A stretch of 64,000 nt of DNA from the human T2T-CHM13v2.0 reference genome, Homo sapiens, in the NCBI RefSeq assembly GCF_009914755.1, contig NC_060925.1. One strand, given 5' to 3'. Below are positions 1 through 14,215 of this stretch, piece after piece. Position 1 is the first letter of the stretch. The number at the start of each line of letters is the position of its first letter. The notes under the pieces were generated by a model. That model did not search any database. It saw nothing but the letters and a program-made list of their open reading frames with translations, and was not told the DNA's origin. The translations under genes were made by a program, and so were the position numbers.

Positions 1-543
1 CTAAGAGACTGGGGTGAACAGATGAATCAAGTTGCCTGTGACATTTGTGAGACACGGTGCTAGTATTCACCTTACTGTCTGGAGGGCCCAACCTCAAAGC
101 CACTAAACATATGACATTAGCCAAGTCCTCTGATCTCTCTAGACAGCAGTTTTCTCCTAAGACAAGACGGCTTTTTGGCTTGGCTGAAGTAAGCCAGGTG
201 ATTTTAAACAATGCATTAAGCTCTTCTGAAATCTAACAGCCTTGTTCCATGCTCCTCGCTATGGAGAAGAGAGCGCTGAGGGAAAGAGGCCCTGTAGTCT
301 TTTGCCAATGGTGTCGGATGGGCTGCTCAGTCCCAGCACTTGAAAGTTGCAAACCTAGTCAAGAAAGTGCACACAGTACTTCGGATTTTTATGAGATATA
401 ATTACATTGACATGACGCCTCATGATTTACCCATGACTCGGGGGGTTTCCAAACTCCAAACACCTCCAGACTGGAGCCCGTCAATCAGCTTCCTCTTGCT
501 TTTCGTGGACTCCCACTGTGGAAACCTGCTGGTGTTTTGCTGC

Positions 544-557
544 GGTTTCATTTCCCT
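544..557. promoter_or_regulatory. ISRE/IRF(EICE)-like element upstream of TOR3A
   Basis: GGTTTCATTTCCCT (reverse GGAAATGAAACC) resembles the OAS1-type ISRE GGTTTCGTTTCC; TOR3A/ADIR is known to be interferon-responsive. Confidence 0.5.
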
Positions 558-870
558 CTGCGGAGGAGCCAGGGCAACCTTGGCCAGACAGGCACCTAGC
601 TGTGCCCTTCTTTCCAGGGCCTCTTCTCCACTCAGCTGACTCCCCTGGCCTGCCTAACGCTCCTGACTGAGACGGTTTTCCGGCTTCCTCTAACAGGTTG
701 GCGGGAAGTTGATCTGCAAACGCGAGGCAAAGCAGGAGTGTCCTTATTCGGTAGGCCTCTGATGGGCCACCAGAGCCGTCCGAAAGTCCTAGCGGAGTGA
801 TTGACAGTGGCCATTTCAAAGCCTGAGTTCACCTTCTTTGCAACCACAATCACGACCCAGAATAAACTGC

Positions 871-879
871 TTCCTGGAA
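871..879. promoter_or_regulatory. GAS (STAT) element
   Basis: TTCCTGGAA matches canonical TTCCNGGAA, ~255 bp upstream of the TOR3A ATG. Confidence 0.45.
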
Positions 880-1108
880 GCCGGCTAGTTGCACCTGGCC
901 TGAAGTCAGTCTCGGGACTGCCTCTCAGGACCCCAGACAGGGTTTCGGGTTCCCGCCTGGGTCACGTGTACGGAGGCTGCCAGTGCGCACTCAGCCCGGC
1001 CCGCCGGTCGCCACAGCAACACCAATCCCGGGTTCAAGCCCGCCTAGGAAGTGCGGTCCCCGCCTGACCGCCCCGGGCTTAAGGGAGCCTGGCTAGGCCG
1101 GCAGCCGG

Positions 1109-1198
1109 ATGGTCCCGCAGCTCGGGGCCGGCCATGCTTCGCGGTCCGTGGCGCCAGCTTTGGCTCTTTCTCCTGCTGCTGCTCCCGGGCGCGCCTGA
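1109..1198 (+). other. Out-of-frame overlapping uORF (29 aa) spanning the TOR3A start
   Basis: ATG 1109 (CGGATGG) is 25 nt upstream of the main ATG; reads MVPQLGAGHASRSVAPALALSPAAAPGRA then TGA 1196-1198. Confidence 0.55.
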
Positions 1199-1392
1199 GC
1201 CCCGCGGCGCCTCCAGGCCGTGGGAGGGAACCGACGAGCCGGGCTCGGCCTGGGCCTGGCCGGGCTTCCAGCGCCTGCAGGAGCAGCTCAGGGCGGCGGG
1301 TGCCCTCTCCAAGCGGTACTGGACGCTCTTCAGCTGCCAGGTGTGGCCCGACGACTGTGACGAGGACGAGGAGGCAGCCACGGGGCCCCTGG
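1134..1392 (+). CDS. TOR3A: Torsin-3A coding exon 1 (signal peptide)
   Basis: GCCATGC start; MLRGPWRQLWLFLLLLLPGAPEP hydrophobic signal peptide; donor G|gtaag at 1393; 259 nt. Confidence 0.97.
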
Positions 1393-1944
1393 GTAAGACC
1401 CCGTCCCCACGGTCCGCCGTTCGCTGCGGAGCAGAGTGCGATCCGGGCGCGGCTGTGGTCGCCTCGCTCCTGTCCGGGGCGACATCTGGGCCCGCAGTCC
1501 TGCTCTGCTCAGCCGCCGGTACCGGCTGTGGGCGGGGGCAGCCTCCGCGGAGCAGGGAGCCCCATCACCGCCCTTGCCCCACCCGCGTCCCCTGCGCACC
1601 CCCCTGGCGCCCGGCTTCCCGTCCCCCGCCTCCCCTGATCCCTGCGCTTTCCAGATTCTCTCGCACCGCCTGTGCCATCTCCCAGCCCACCCTGGCGTTA
1701 TTCGAAGGTGTTGCTCTTGACAGCTCTAGGGAACGTCCGCTGTGGACATGCCTGGTGACTGCCGTCTCCCTTGCTGCTTTTGGACGCAGGGCTTGAGGAC
1801 CGACAGTGGGCCGAGTCGGGGCTGGGAGTTAGAATCTGAGTTCTGGGTGTCCCTCTGTCCCTGACAAGTTGTGTGTCAAGGTTGCCGCATCACTGTAGAG
1901 CACCGGATGGTCTCCTCTCGGTCTCACAGCTCCTCCTTTTCCAG

Positions 1945-2058
1945 GCTGGCGCCTTCCTCTGTTGGGCCAGCGGTACCTGGACCTCCTGACCACGTGGTAC
2001 TGCAGCTTCAAAGACTGCTGCCCTAGAGGGGATTGCAGAATCTCCAACAACTTTACAG
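1945..2058 (+). CDS. TOR3A: Torsin-3A exon 2
   Basis: ttttccag| acceptor and |gttgga donor; GWRLPLLGQRYLDLLTTWYCSFKDCCPRGDCRISNNFT (torsin N-terminal Cys motif); 114 nt. Confidence 0.96.
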
Positions 2059-2310
2059 GTTGGACCCCGCATGGCTTCAAGGGGCTAGGGATCTGTGGGG
2101 AGGGGAGGCAGTCCAGGGGAAATGGTTAGATGCAAGGGACCTTTCGTCATCCTGCCCAGCCTCCCGACAAGCAGGAACTGCCACAGTCTGACTGAAGTTT
2201 TGAGGGAGTACCAAATGCTTGAGTCAGGGAAGCCCCTTTTTAGCCTCTAGCTTAATAGCCCAGGCAAACTGAGCTGTTTGTCAGGCCCAGAGCACCTTGT
2301 TTCACTCTAA

Positions 2311-2705
<395 letters not shown>

Positions 2706-3221
2706 CAACCAGTATTTTCTAATTAGTTTGGGTTGCTTGATTTGCATATCGCAGTTGATTTGCATTTTCACTCTCACAAGGTGATCTTTGGCCCCATGTT
2801 CTGAAACCTGTTCAGACATTTGCAAAAGCTTCCTCTCTTTTCCCCAGGAGCAATTTCTTGCCCAGAGTTCTCCTGATCCCAGGTCCTTCAATCTCCATAA
2901 ATGAGGCCCACCCGAGATATTTAGGTCACTTAATTGGCCAAAATGCCAATAACACAGTGTGTTTAGGGACACAGTCTGGCTCAGGACAGAAGATAGGACT
3001 ACATACAGGTCAGGAAGTCTTAATTTGGATCACTGCTGACTTGGATAAGACCCTAGGTAGCAATTAGCAAGTTACTTTCTGTCCTCAACATGCCTTTTGT
3101 TCGACAAGGGCCTGGATATCCAAATTGTTCTGGCCAGCGGATTGGAGACCCCTCCTAGTCGTGCCTCTTCCTTGCTGGCAAACTGAAGAGTCCTTCCCAA
3201 GTGTCCGTTTCCTCAGCTGTA

Positions 3222-3521
3222 TTTTATTTTATTTTTTTTACTTATTTATTTTGAGACCAAGTCAGTCTCTGTCACCTAGGCTGGAGCAATCTCGTCTCAC
3301 TGCAAACTCTGCCTCCCAGGTTCAAGCGATTCTCTTCCCTCAGCCTCCCGAGTGGCTGGGATTATAGGTGCCCACCACCATGCCCAGCTAATTTTTGTAT
3401 TTTTAGTAGAGAGGGGGTTCACCATGTTGGCTAGGCTGGTCTCGAACTCCTGACCTCGTGATCCGCCCGCCTCAGCCTCCCAAAGTGCTGGGATTACAGG
3501 CGGGAACCACCTCGCCCAGCC
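3222..3521 (-). mobile_element. Alu
   Basis: Antisense Alu with (ATTTT)n tail. Confidence 0.9.
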
Positions 3522-4142
3522 AGTTTCCTCAGCTTTAAATGGGAATAATAATGCCTGCCTTGCAGAATTGTGAAGACCAAATGTAAAACACTTAGCCCAG
3601 TTCTGAATACAGAGAAAAAAGCAGCAAATGTTAATTTTCTTCTATGTCACTACTACTTTTGGAGCAATGTGTGATGCCCTCAATGTTTTATCATAGACCT
3701 TGACCTCCCAAGGCTCCAGAATACCTGCTCTGGGCTGGCTTAAGGTGTTCAACCAATTGATCCTGGATTTGGAATGCTCACCCACAGCTGGCCGCACACC
3801 CTGCCTGTCTGCACTGTGGCTCCTGGTAGCGCCATCTCCAAATCCTACAACCTCACGTCTGACAGGAGGAAGTTAGACCTAGCAGAAGGCTTTGCACACT
3901 GGAGCTGCTCTCACCAAGTGTTGGCTGAATTGAATGAGAATGAATAAAATCAGGCTTCTCCATAAAACAGGGAGCCCTGAAACCAAGGGATGGGAGCAGC
4001 CTCAGGACATGGGGGACAGGGTTCCTCCCTAGACAGGTCTGTGCCAACTGTTCTGGGTATCTGCAGGATCTTTAGGAAGGGTGATTCCACTCTCCCTGAG
4101 TCCCATCTTGATTTCCCAAACTCTTCAAAAAGTAGTCCTTGA

Positions 4143-4491
<349 letters not shown>

Positions 4492-4625
4492 CTAAGGCCA
4501 AACAGGAGGAGTAACTGATTCCACCCGAGAGAGATTCAGAGTTGCTTGGTTTCTGGGCTGTTGGCTGTTGTGGTGGATGGGCCTGTGTGTGCCTTTTGCT
4601 GTGACTACCTCTTTCCTGTCCTTAG

Positions 4626-4891
4626 GCTTAGAGTGGGACCTGAATGTGCGGCTGCATGGCCAGCATTTGGTCCAGCAGCTGGTCCTAAGAACAGTGAGGG
4701 GCTACTTAGAGACGCCCCAGCCAGAAAAGGCCCTTGCTCTGTCGTTCCACGGCTGGTCTGGCACAGGCAAGAACTTCGTGGCACGGATGCTGGTGGAGAA
4801 CCTGTATCGGGACGGGCTGATGAGTGACTGTGTCAGGATGTTCATCGCCACGTTCCACTTTCCTCACCCCAAATATGTGGACCTGTACAAG
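4626..4891 (+). CDS. TOR3A: Torsin-3A exon 3 (Walker A)
   Basis: GLEWDLNVRLHGQHL...HGWSGTGKNFV...YVDLYK; torsin-type Walker A GxxGxGKN; cttag| and |gtgagg; 266 nt. Confidence 0.98.
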
Positions 4892-5382
4892 GTGAGGCCG
4901 ACCAGGGCTGGGGTGAGGCCTCTGTGCTGGGAGGGAGACCCTTCTGCCAGCCCTTCCTTGCAAGGAAATGGGCTCTGGAGAAGCCTGGGGAGGTGGGGAC
5001 AGGTGGCAGAACCTGTGACAGAGCCACTCCGTCCACTCCTCACAGAGGCCCTTAGCATGTGGAAGAGACTGGCGTTCCAAACACCACCCCCTGCTCTGTC
5101 CCCAAACAGCCACACTCGAGAGGCTGGACACTGCGCTTAAGCAGGGACGCTGCATGTTGATTTTTGTTGTAGAAGTAGTGAAATGTCACAGACTGCAGTG
5201 TAGAACAGAGAAAAGCAAAAACTGTCAGACTCTCCACACGGACACACCCTTGTCAGCTAAGGAGAGGTAGCATTTTATGTGCTGCCTTTGGTGCGGAACC
5301 TTTCCCCAGGCTCTTTGTCATTGTAACTACGTTGGACAGAAAGTTGTATATCCTGCCTTTTTAAAATTTAAACAGGCCTATT

Positions 5383-5689
<307 letters not shown>

Positions 5690-6906
5690 CTATCCTATCT
5701 TACCTGATTTTTTCATGTCTTCCCGTATCAGCTTATTATATACCAGCAAGTGGATGGACAGAAATTTCCTTGGCTGTTCTGCCATTTTGGGTTTCTTCTA
5801 CTAATTCAGCCATGTAGTATTGAAAACATACCAGAAGAGCCTGACAGAATTGACTGCACCTGTCTTTGGCTTTGTTTTAATATTTGGAATGTGTTCACCT
5901 GGGAAGATTATGTCAGCGTCTGAGGACAGAGGCTGCCCGCGTCTCCTGGCAGTTTCCATATGGCTTTGGAGGGCAGGGGCAGGCTGAGCTGGGCCTTTCC
6001 GGGCAGAACTGTCTGGCTTAGACTGTGGCAAGACTGCTGCAGCCCCAGCTTCCCTGCTGTGAAAACTGGCATGTGCATAGCCCTGCACCTCACACTTTCC
6101 CCCACAAAGGTGCACCCAGTAGACAGGGAGTGTGGGCTCTGGAGTGGGAGCTGGCCCTGAATAATATATTCCCTGCCCATTTCGATGAACATTGCAAAGA
6201 ACCATCTTTTCACTTGAGGGTTTACTGTCTTGCCTGGGGCAAGGAACCCTCCACAGCTTGCAGGAGCCAAGTTGGATGTTGGTTAGGCCCAGTCAGTCCT
6301 TCAGCAGGCTTGCTCCCCTGAGATCTCGGCCCAGCCAGGGTGCCAGTGGGCGCTCTGCACCCGGGAGTTCAGGGCAGGGGACTGTGGCTGCCTCTGGGCA
6401 CATGAGCCTCTCTTTGCCCATCACCCCTGTATGAAAGCTCAACTCCTATCCACCCCCTGGGAATAGACCCTGAGCTTAAACAGGGAAGTTGCGCCTGGAT
6501 GTTTTTGTTGTAGAAGTAATGAAAGTTTGCAGGTGTGTGGACATTGTTAGCTCCTGGATGGGATGTAGTCCTGGAGAGGAGAGAGCAGGGCTGGAGCAGG
6601 GGCCCCTTCTCAAGGGCAGAAGGGCTTCTCCCCACTCCTTTCTAGGCTGTCTCCTAGTCCCCAAGCTGGCTTCACCTTGTTTAGCTTTCAACCCTCAGGG
6701 TGCTTGAGAATCACCTGGGAGCTGGTCAGATGCAAATGTCCTAGGCCCTCCCCAAGAGCTTGGATTTGATAGGTTCTGGCGGGGGGCGGGGGGTGGGGAA
6801 CCCAGCCCCAGGGGGTCCATTGCACATGCCCAGGGGAAACCACGCCCTCAAGGCCGGAGGTGGAAGGAGTCACCACTTCCCCAGCTGCTCCCTATATCCC
6901 GTGCAG

Positions 6907-7085
6907 GAGCAGCTGATGAGCCAGATCCGGGAGACGCAGCAGCTCTGCCACCAGACCCTGTTCATCTTCGATGAAGCGGAGAAGCTGCACCCAGGGCTGC
7001 TGGAGGTCCTTGGGCCACACTTAGAACGCCGGGCCCCTGAGGGCCACAGGGCTGAGTCTCCATGGACTATCTTTCTGTTTCTCAG
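6907..7085 (+). CDS. TOR3A: Torsin-3A exon 4 (Walker B, start of sensor 1)
   Basis: EQLMSQ...LFIFDEAEK...TIFLFL; gcag| and AG|gtgggt; 179 nt, ends phase 2. Confidence 0.98.
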
Positions 7086-7172
7086 GTGGGTTCTGGGGAA
7101 CAATAGTCAGGAGGGCTGGGGGAGGGGAAGATACTAGCTGGCAGTGGAGGCTTCCACACGCCCCCAGGTTCA

Positions 7173-7599
<427 letters not shown>

Positions 7600-8093
7600 T
7601 TATGAGAAGTCATCACTGGCTTAAAATCCAGGGTATACGGGTTGAGAAACCCATGCTTCCTCTGAGTACCTGTAGTTCAGTTGTGACGCTACCATGCGGG
7701 ACCCAGTCACTGAATCACTGCACTGAGGTTCCTGTGCTTTCACTGACATCTTTGCGTGAAGCCAACTTAGAAATAACTTGTCCAACCTCATCTTTTTGCG
7801 GAGGCTCCAACTGGGGGAGTCCTGTGTCTGTTACAAGTCAAGTTTGGGCCCTTGTTGACCCAATTTGAAGACTTCACAACAGCTCGAGCCTCGGTAGGAG
7901 TCAAACTGAGTGCTCCCTTCCCAACTCCACTCCGGCCTCGCCTTCCCCAGGCCAGCACTTGCTTGCTGGGGGGGTTTCCCAAGCTGCAGGGCTCACTTTG
8001 TGAGGATGGGGAAGTTGGTGAGGGGATGCTGATTTTCATCCTAGCTTGGGGAGTGTGGAGGGGTGAAGGGTTGAGCTGTGGAGGGCAGATCTA

Positions 8094-8331
<238 letters not shown>

Positions 8332-11300
8332 AAGTGAAACAGGTTTAAGCCGTTGCTGGGTTGGGATTTCTGTGTAGTGGCGGGAAGCCCTTCCTGGTCT
8401 GCAGGTGAAGCTGTGGAGACTTAAAATGCATTGCGAAGTGGGAGGGGAGTGGGGCGCCCAGGGTGATTTTTAAGAGGAGAGAGAGATCTCTTGCATGATT
8501 TGGGTGCCCAGAACCAGGAGGTGAGGACAATACATTCTTCCAGTTAGTTCTTATTCCCACGTTCTGTACTATTTCCCACCTTCGGAGGCAGCCGGGCTCA
8601 CCTCTCCTCCTGTTACAGAGAGTCAGGTGGGGGCTGCAACATGCAGATGAGCCTGAACAGAGGAGTCACCTGGGTGCTCTGTGGTTTCTCCACCTGAGCC
8701 CTGGGTCGGGCAGTCCAGGGGACCCTCTGAACCACCGATGCGGAAGCCAGTCCTTCCCACGGCACGGAGCAAAGCATGGTGACCCAGCCTCGGGCCTCCC
8801 TTTCGCTTCCACAGGGATCTCCCTTGCGCTGAGTGTCTTCCTCCTCCCTCTCCCCGAGACAGGGGTCTCCCGGCTTCAGGTGGTGCCGGCCACACAGACT
8901 CTCCCACCCACTTCTCAGCTTGGAAAACCTCACCTGGGCCGTGATTGCCTAACGTGACCCGGTGACCCTGCAGTCTCCAGGCAAATGTTATAGCCTTTGT
9001 AGTATTTTGGCCGTCGACCTGACAGCACCACCCTCCAGCTGCCTGTCCTTTCCCCCAGTGACCCAGCCTGGGTGGACTGTCCGAGGCCATGTGGTTGTGG
9101 GCGGGGTGGGGGGGGGGGCCTGCGGGAAAGCCGCCTGCCAGACTCCTCCATGCCACAGCAGGGTGGGGAGGTCCCCCAGGAGCCTTTGACAAGGATGTAA
9201 AGGACACATTAAAAAGATGTGGCCTTAGGTTCTAGTGGCTCTGGTGTGGGCCTGTGCCCAGCCTTTACGAGCCAGAGGTTCCCCCCTCCAGCCGAGGGCT
9301 GGGCTGACATAGTCTGTGCCCAGGCTGTCCAGGGCAGCAGCCTCTCAACCTCAAGTTCTCAGGTAGTCCAGCGATGGCTGGGAGGAGACACACTGTTGAT
9401 ATTGGAGTCTCTGGACTTGATTTCTATAATGAGCTTCAGTTAATCATCCACTGTAATAAGGATTCTAGGGCATGAAAGAAAAGCACAGCTGATTCAAACT
9501 GCTAGAGTGACCAAGTCATACTGCACGAAGGAAGAGCAGCAGTTTAATTCTGAAATAAATCCTAAACCTGCTGTTTGAAGTGAGTTGCCAGTGGCTTTGC
9601 TGGCTTCCTCCTGGTGGCAGGAGAGAGGAGGTGGGAGCTGAAGCAGGGAGTTGAGTGTGGTGCTCAGAGCCTGTCCTTCATCCGGGCCAGGGAATTGGGG
9701 CCGGTGACTGGGCACCAGGAAAGTAACATTACTTCGCCCACTTCTGCCAAGTATAGAAGGCTGCAGGAATGGGCTCACGTGGCAGGACAGGAACGTGGAA
9801 CTCTGCGATCGGAGCTGCTGCCCTGTTCTCATGGGAGCTGTAAAGTGACAAGGGTAATTAAAGCCTGTTTCCTTTGTGCTGTTGTCAGGAAAAGGATAGA
9901 AAGGACTTTGAAAAATTACAGAACTACACAAATAGAAATTATTTGTGGAGTCGTGGTGGGCCTTGCGCTCCAGCCCCCAGTGTCTGTTGGCTGCCTGTTG
10001 ACTAATGAGAGGACAGCTTAGATTGGTCCAGTCCTGACTTTATAAATGAGAACACTAAGGCTCAAAGAGATGACTGAGTCTATGTCTGTTCTTTAGGAAA
10101 GATGTAGCAGTTAGCATGGGGTTTGTTACCAGTAACAACCAGTTCTCTGGTGAGGCCTGAAGTCCCCTTCCTTTGGGGTCTTAGGGATAAGGGCTGGTGA
10201 GATCAGCCCTGGCAGGGGCTGGAGACGGGGGATGAGGGCTGGTTGAGAGAGGTGCCCTCTGGCCCCTCCAGACTTCCCAGCGATCCAGGTCAGCAGATGA
10301 GCTGGGAGGCTGTGGAAGGGAATTGAGGTGCTCCAGAAAGACAGTGTCTGTCTAAAGGTAGAACGCTGGTGCCAGAGTGGTGGTCCTGAAGATGGGAGGG
10401 GCGGCGCGTAGAGAGGGGCCCCAGGTTATGGGTCAGTGGGTGAGATTAAAGCCTCTAAAGTGGTGGAAGAAAAGGGATTTTGGCTATGGGACAAAACAGG
10501 AGAGATTGAGAAGGGTGGAGATGGTGCAGACACATGTGCAGAGATGTCCCTTTATTTACTAAAGGCTGAGTGCCTGATACGCACATAGCACTGGGGTTAC
10601 AGAAATAAACAGGCCAAGCTTCCTGCCCTATGTGATGGGACCTCTCTTTACCCATGTAAGCACCTTACAGAATGGAGAAGGCCCTGGAGTCCATGCCCCT
10701 AGGATGGGGTGAGGGAGTATCACTCTGTGGGGTTTCACAGCACCCTGGATCCTGCCTTCCAGCCCCTGCCAAGGTAAACAGTGCTGCCTGCCTCCTGTGG
10801 GGAATGCAGGATGGGGCAATGCCCTGGCAGCAGGGTCTTGCCTCAGCTGATGCAACTGTGGCTGCTCCTGTGTGCACAGATCATGTGCCTGGAAGGCCTT
10901 CCTGCAGCAGGGGCAGTGTCAGAAAGTGGAAGAGTGGTGTGAGCAGCTTCCCCGGGGAAAGCCTGGCTGAGCAACTGACCTTGAGCAAGCACTGCAGATG
11001 GCCCTTGTTCCTGCCGGGCTCCTCCAGCTGGGAGCTCTCAGCCCCTGGTAAATTCTGGCAGTGAAAGACACATTAGCACCTCCCCCTACAATGAGGCACC
11101 TAGCTAGACAACTTGGCTGTCCGGGCTTAACCTGCGTGGCAGGGAAGGACGCCTGCCCAGCCTTAGCCTCTACGCAACGGTGGAGGCAGGGAGGGAGAGA
11201 ACCACACAGCTCCCCTCATTTCCCAGCAGCCCCCATGGAGCCTAGTCAACAGGGTGTGGTCACAGGCTAAATGAGCAAAGATGTGAGTTAATATACTGGT

Positions 11301-11437
11301 AGGTGTCATGGGGGCTTTCAGAGCTGGGTAAGGAGGGAAAGAGATGGAGATACTGGTTCCCCACTCCTTAACCTGCCACCTGCCTTCCCTGTCCTTTACC
11401 CTCCCTCATTCTGCTGGACCTGAGGAAAATGCAAGGG

Positions 11438-12005
<568 letters not shown>

Positions 12006-13089
12006 GAGAGAAAGCACGGGGAAGTGCAAGTGCATTGATGTGGAGCTGGGCAAGGACTTGGTTTAAGGAGCTGGTGGAGCTGGCTGAGGCTGCAGCCCAG
12101 GGAGGGGAGGAGAGTGCAGTGAGGTGGGGGAGAAGTATGCCTGGGCCGTGGAGGGCGGAGGAAGGCCAAGTCTCCACTACCTCTGTCCCAGCTTCCCTGC
12201 TGGTGGCTCTACGGTTGCATCTTCTCTCCTTATCCCCTTTCTCCCTCCTATCTCTAACCCAAATCACTTTCTGTGCTTCAGACCCGTAATTCCAGTTGCC
12301 CAGTGATATCACAACCTGACAGAGATCACAGGCAAGCAAAAAACACTCAAACGTGTGTGAAACCAAACTTTCATCTCCACCTTTCCGTGTTCCACCTCTG
12401 TTAAGGGGGACAGCAAGCAGCTTGAGGCTAACGCTTGTTCTTTGATGACCTCCTTTCACTTCTCACATCCATCAGTTACAGGGTTTTTCAATTGTGCCTC
12501 CATAACTAATTCTTAAATCCTCCTTTCCATCCCTTCTCCATGATCCATAAGCTCAAGTCCATGCAAATGGCAGACAAAGCCCTCCTCACCTTAGCCAGCC
12601 TTTCATGCCTGTGCTCCTCTGGCGCACCCAGGCCTAGACACTTCCCTTCCTTGCCAAGTGTCTGATGATCACTACTTGGTCTTTATTTGCTCAGAAGCCT
12701 CATCCTCCCTCTGAAGCCTTCTCCTTAGAACTCAGTCACTCCTCCATTAGCGCTTGCCACACTGTCCTGGAACCGAATACACGGATGCCCCTCAGACCAC
12801 ACAGAAGAACCATATCTTACCATCTTTTCATGCTCCCTGCACTTAGCACAGTCTCAGTAAGTGTGTGTCAAGAGGGAACAAGAGAGAATGGGTGGCAAAA
12901 CTGGACAGTGTCTTTTCTGTGCAGACCTTTGGGTTGTGAGGTTGTGACAAGGTCTCCTGGAAGAGAGAGAAGGTCCACGCCCCTCAGCCTCTATTCTTCC
13001 AGGCACTAATGCATTGGTTTCAGCGGTGAGATAACATATATGGAAGCTAAATATAAACAAATGGGTTAACAAGCTCTTGTCTCTTTCAG

Positions 13090-13214
13090 TAATCTCAGGG
13101 GCGATATAATCAATGAGGTGGTCCTAAAGTTGCTCAAGGCTGGATGGTCCCGGGAAGAAATTACGATGGAACACCTGGAGCCCCACCTCCAGGCGGAGAT
13201 TGTGGAGACCATAG
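13090..13214 (+). CDS. TOR3A: Torsin-3A exon 5
   Basis: (S)NLRGDIINEVVLKLLKAGWSREEITMEHLEPHLQAEIVETI; ctctttcag| and G|gtgagt; 125 nt (phase 2 to phase 1). Confidence 0.97.
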
Positions 13215-13481
13215 GTGAGTAACTGACTCAATATGCCTCTGGTGAGAGCCACAGCTGGTGATAATTAATGTGTTTGTTGGAATGTGTGTTTATGAAGCAG
13301 ACAGGGTACTTGGGAACACAGAGGGCAGACTATAATCATCTCACATTGTCAACCCTGGGTGGGCACAAGAAAAGTGGTAAGAAAGCCTGAGCTCCTTTTC
13401 TGGGAATGCTTGGAAATAGTAGTTTGCACTGGCCCCAAGAACAGGCGCAGTGGTCTCTGAAGCCTGAGACTCTGAGTCTCA

Positions 13482-13766
<285 letters not shown>

Positions 13767-13964
13767 TCACAGGCTGAGATGGGAGGATCCCTTGAACCTA
13801 GGAGGTGGAGGCTGCAAGGAGCCCAGATCTCACCACTGCACTCCAGCCTGGTTGACAGAGCAAGCCCCTGTTTCAAAGAAACCAACAGCAACCCCCACCC
13901 CCGCTAAATTCCAGCTAGGTTCAGTCCTAGGTCAGACTCCATGTAACTTTGGTCTTGCTTTCAG

Positions 13965-14215
13965 ACAATGGCTTTGGCCACAGCCGTCTTGTGAAGGAAA
14001 ACCTGATTGACTACTTCATCCCCTTCCTGCCTTTGGAGTACCGTCACGTGAGGCTGTGTGCACGGGATGCCTTCCTGAGCCAGGAGCTCCTGTATAAAGA
14101 AGAGACACTGGATGAAATAGCCCAGATGATGGTGTATGTCCCCAAGGAGGAACAACTCTTTTCTTCCCAGGGCTGCAAGTCTATTTCCCAGAGGATTAAC
14201 TACTTCCTGTCATGA
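13965..14215 (+). CDS. TOR3A: Torsin-3A exon 6 (sensor-2 GCK motif, stop)
   Basis: DNGFGHSRLV...PFLPLEYRHV...FSSQGCKSISQRINYFLS*; total CDS 1194 nt = 397 aa. Confidence 0.98.

Larger units (their letters stand above)
940..1700. promoter_or_regulatory. TOR3A: CpG island / TOR3A promoter and first exon
   Basis: GC- and CpG-rich; ISRE-like GGTTTCGGGTTCCC 941-954, E-box CACGTG 963-968, CCAAT 1022-1026, ETS-like AGGAAGT 1046-1052; boundaries approximate. Confidence 0.8.

Noticed and set aside
1022-1040. Possible ER-stress element at the CCAAT box
   Set aside because: Lacks the CCACG half-site at N9 spacing
1134-1796. 220-aa ORF from the TOR3A ATG
   Set aside because: Read-through of exon 1 into GC-rich intron 1; a strong donor at 1393 gives the proper torsin frame
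8623-9207. 194-aa minus ORF with PEAG-x9-GRHS reminiscent of the hemicentin N-terminus
   Set aside because: Only scattered short matches with incompatible spacing, low-complexity composition and a non-ATG start; likely chance
10672-11064. 130-aa ATG-initiated intronic ORF
   Set aside because: No recognisable domain or supporting gene structure; expected by chance in GC-rich DNA
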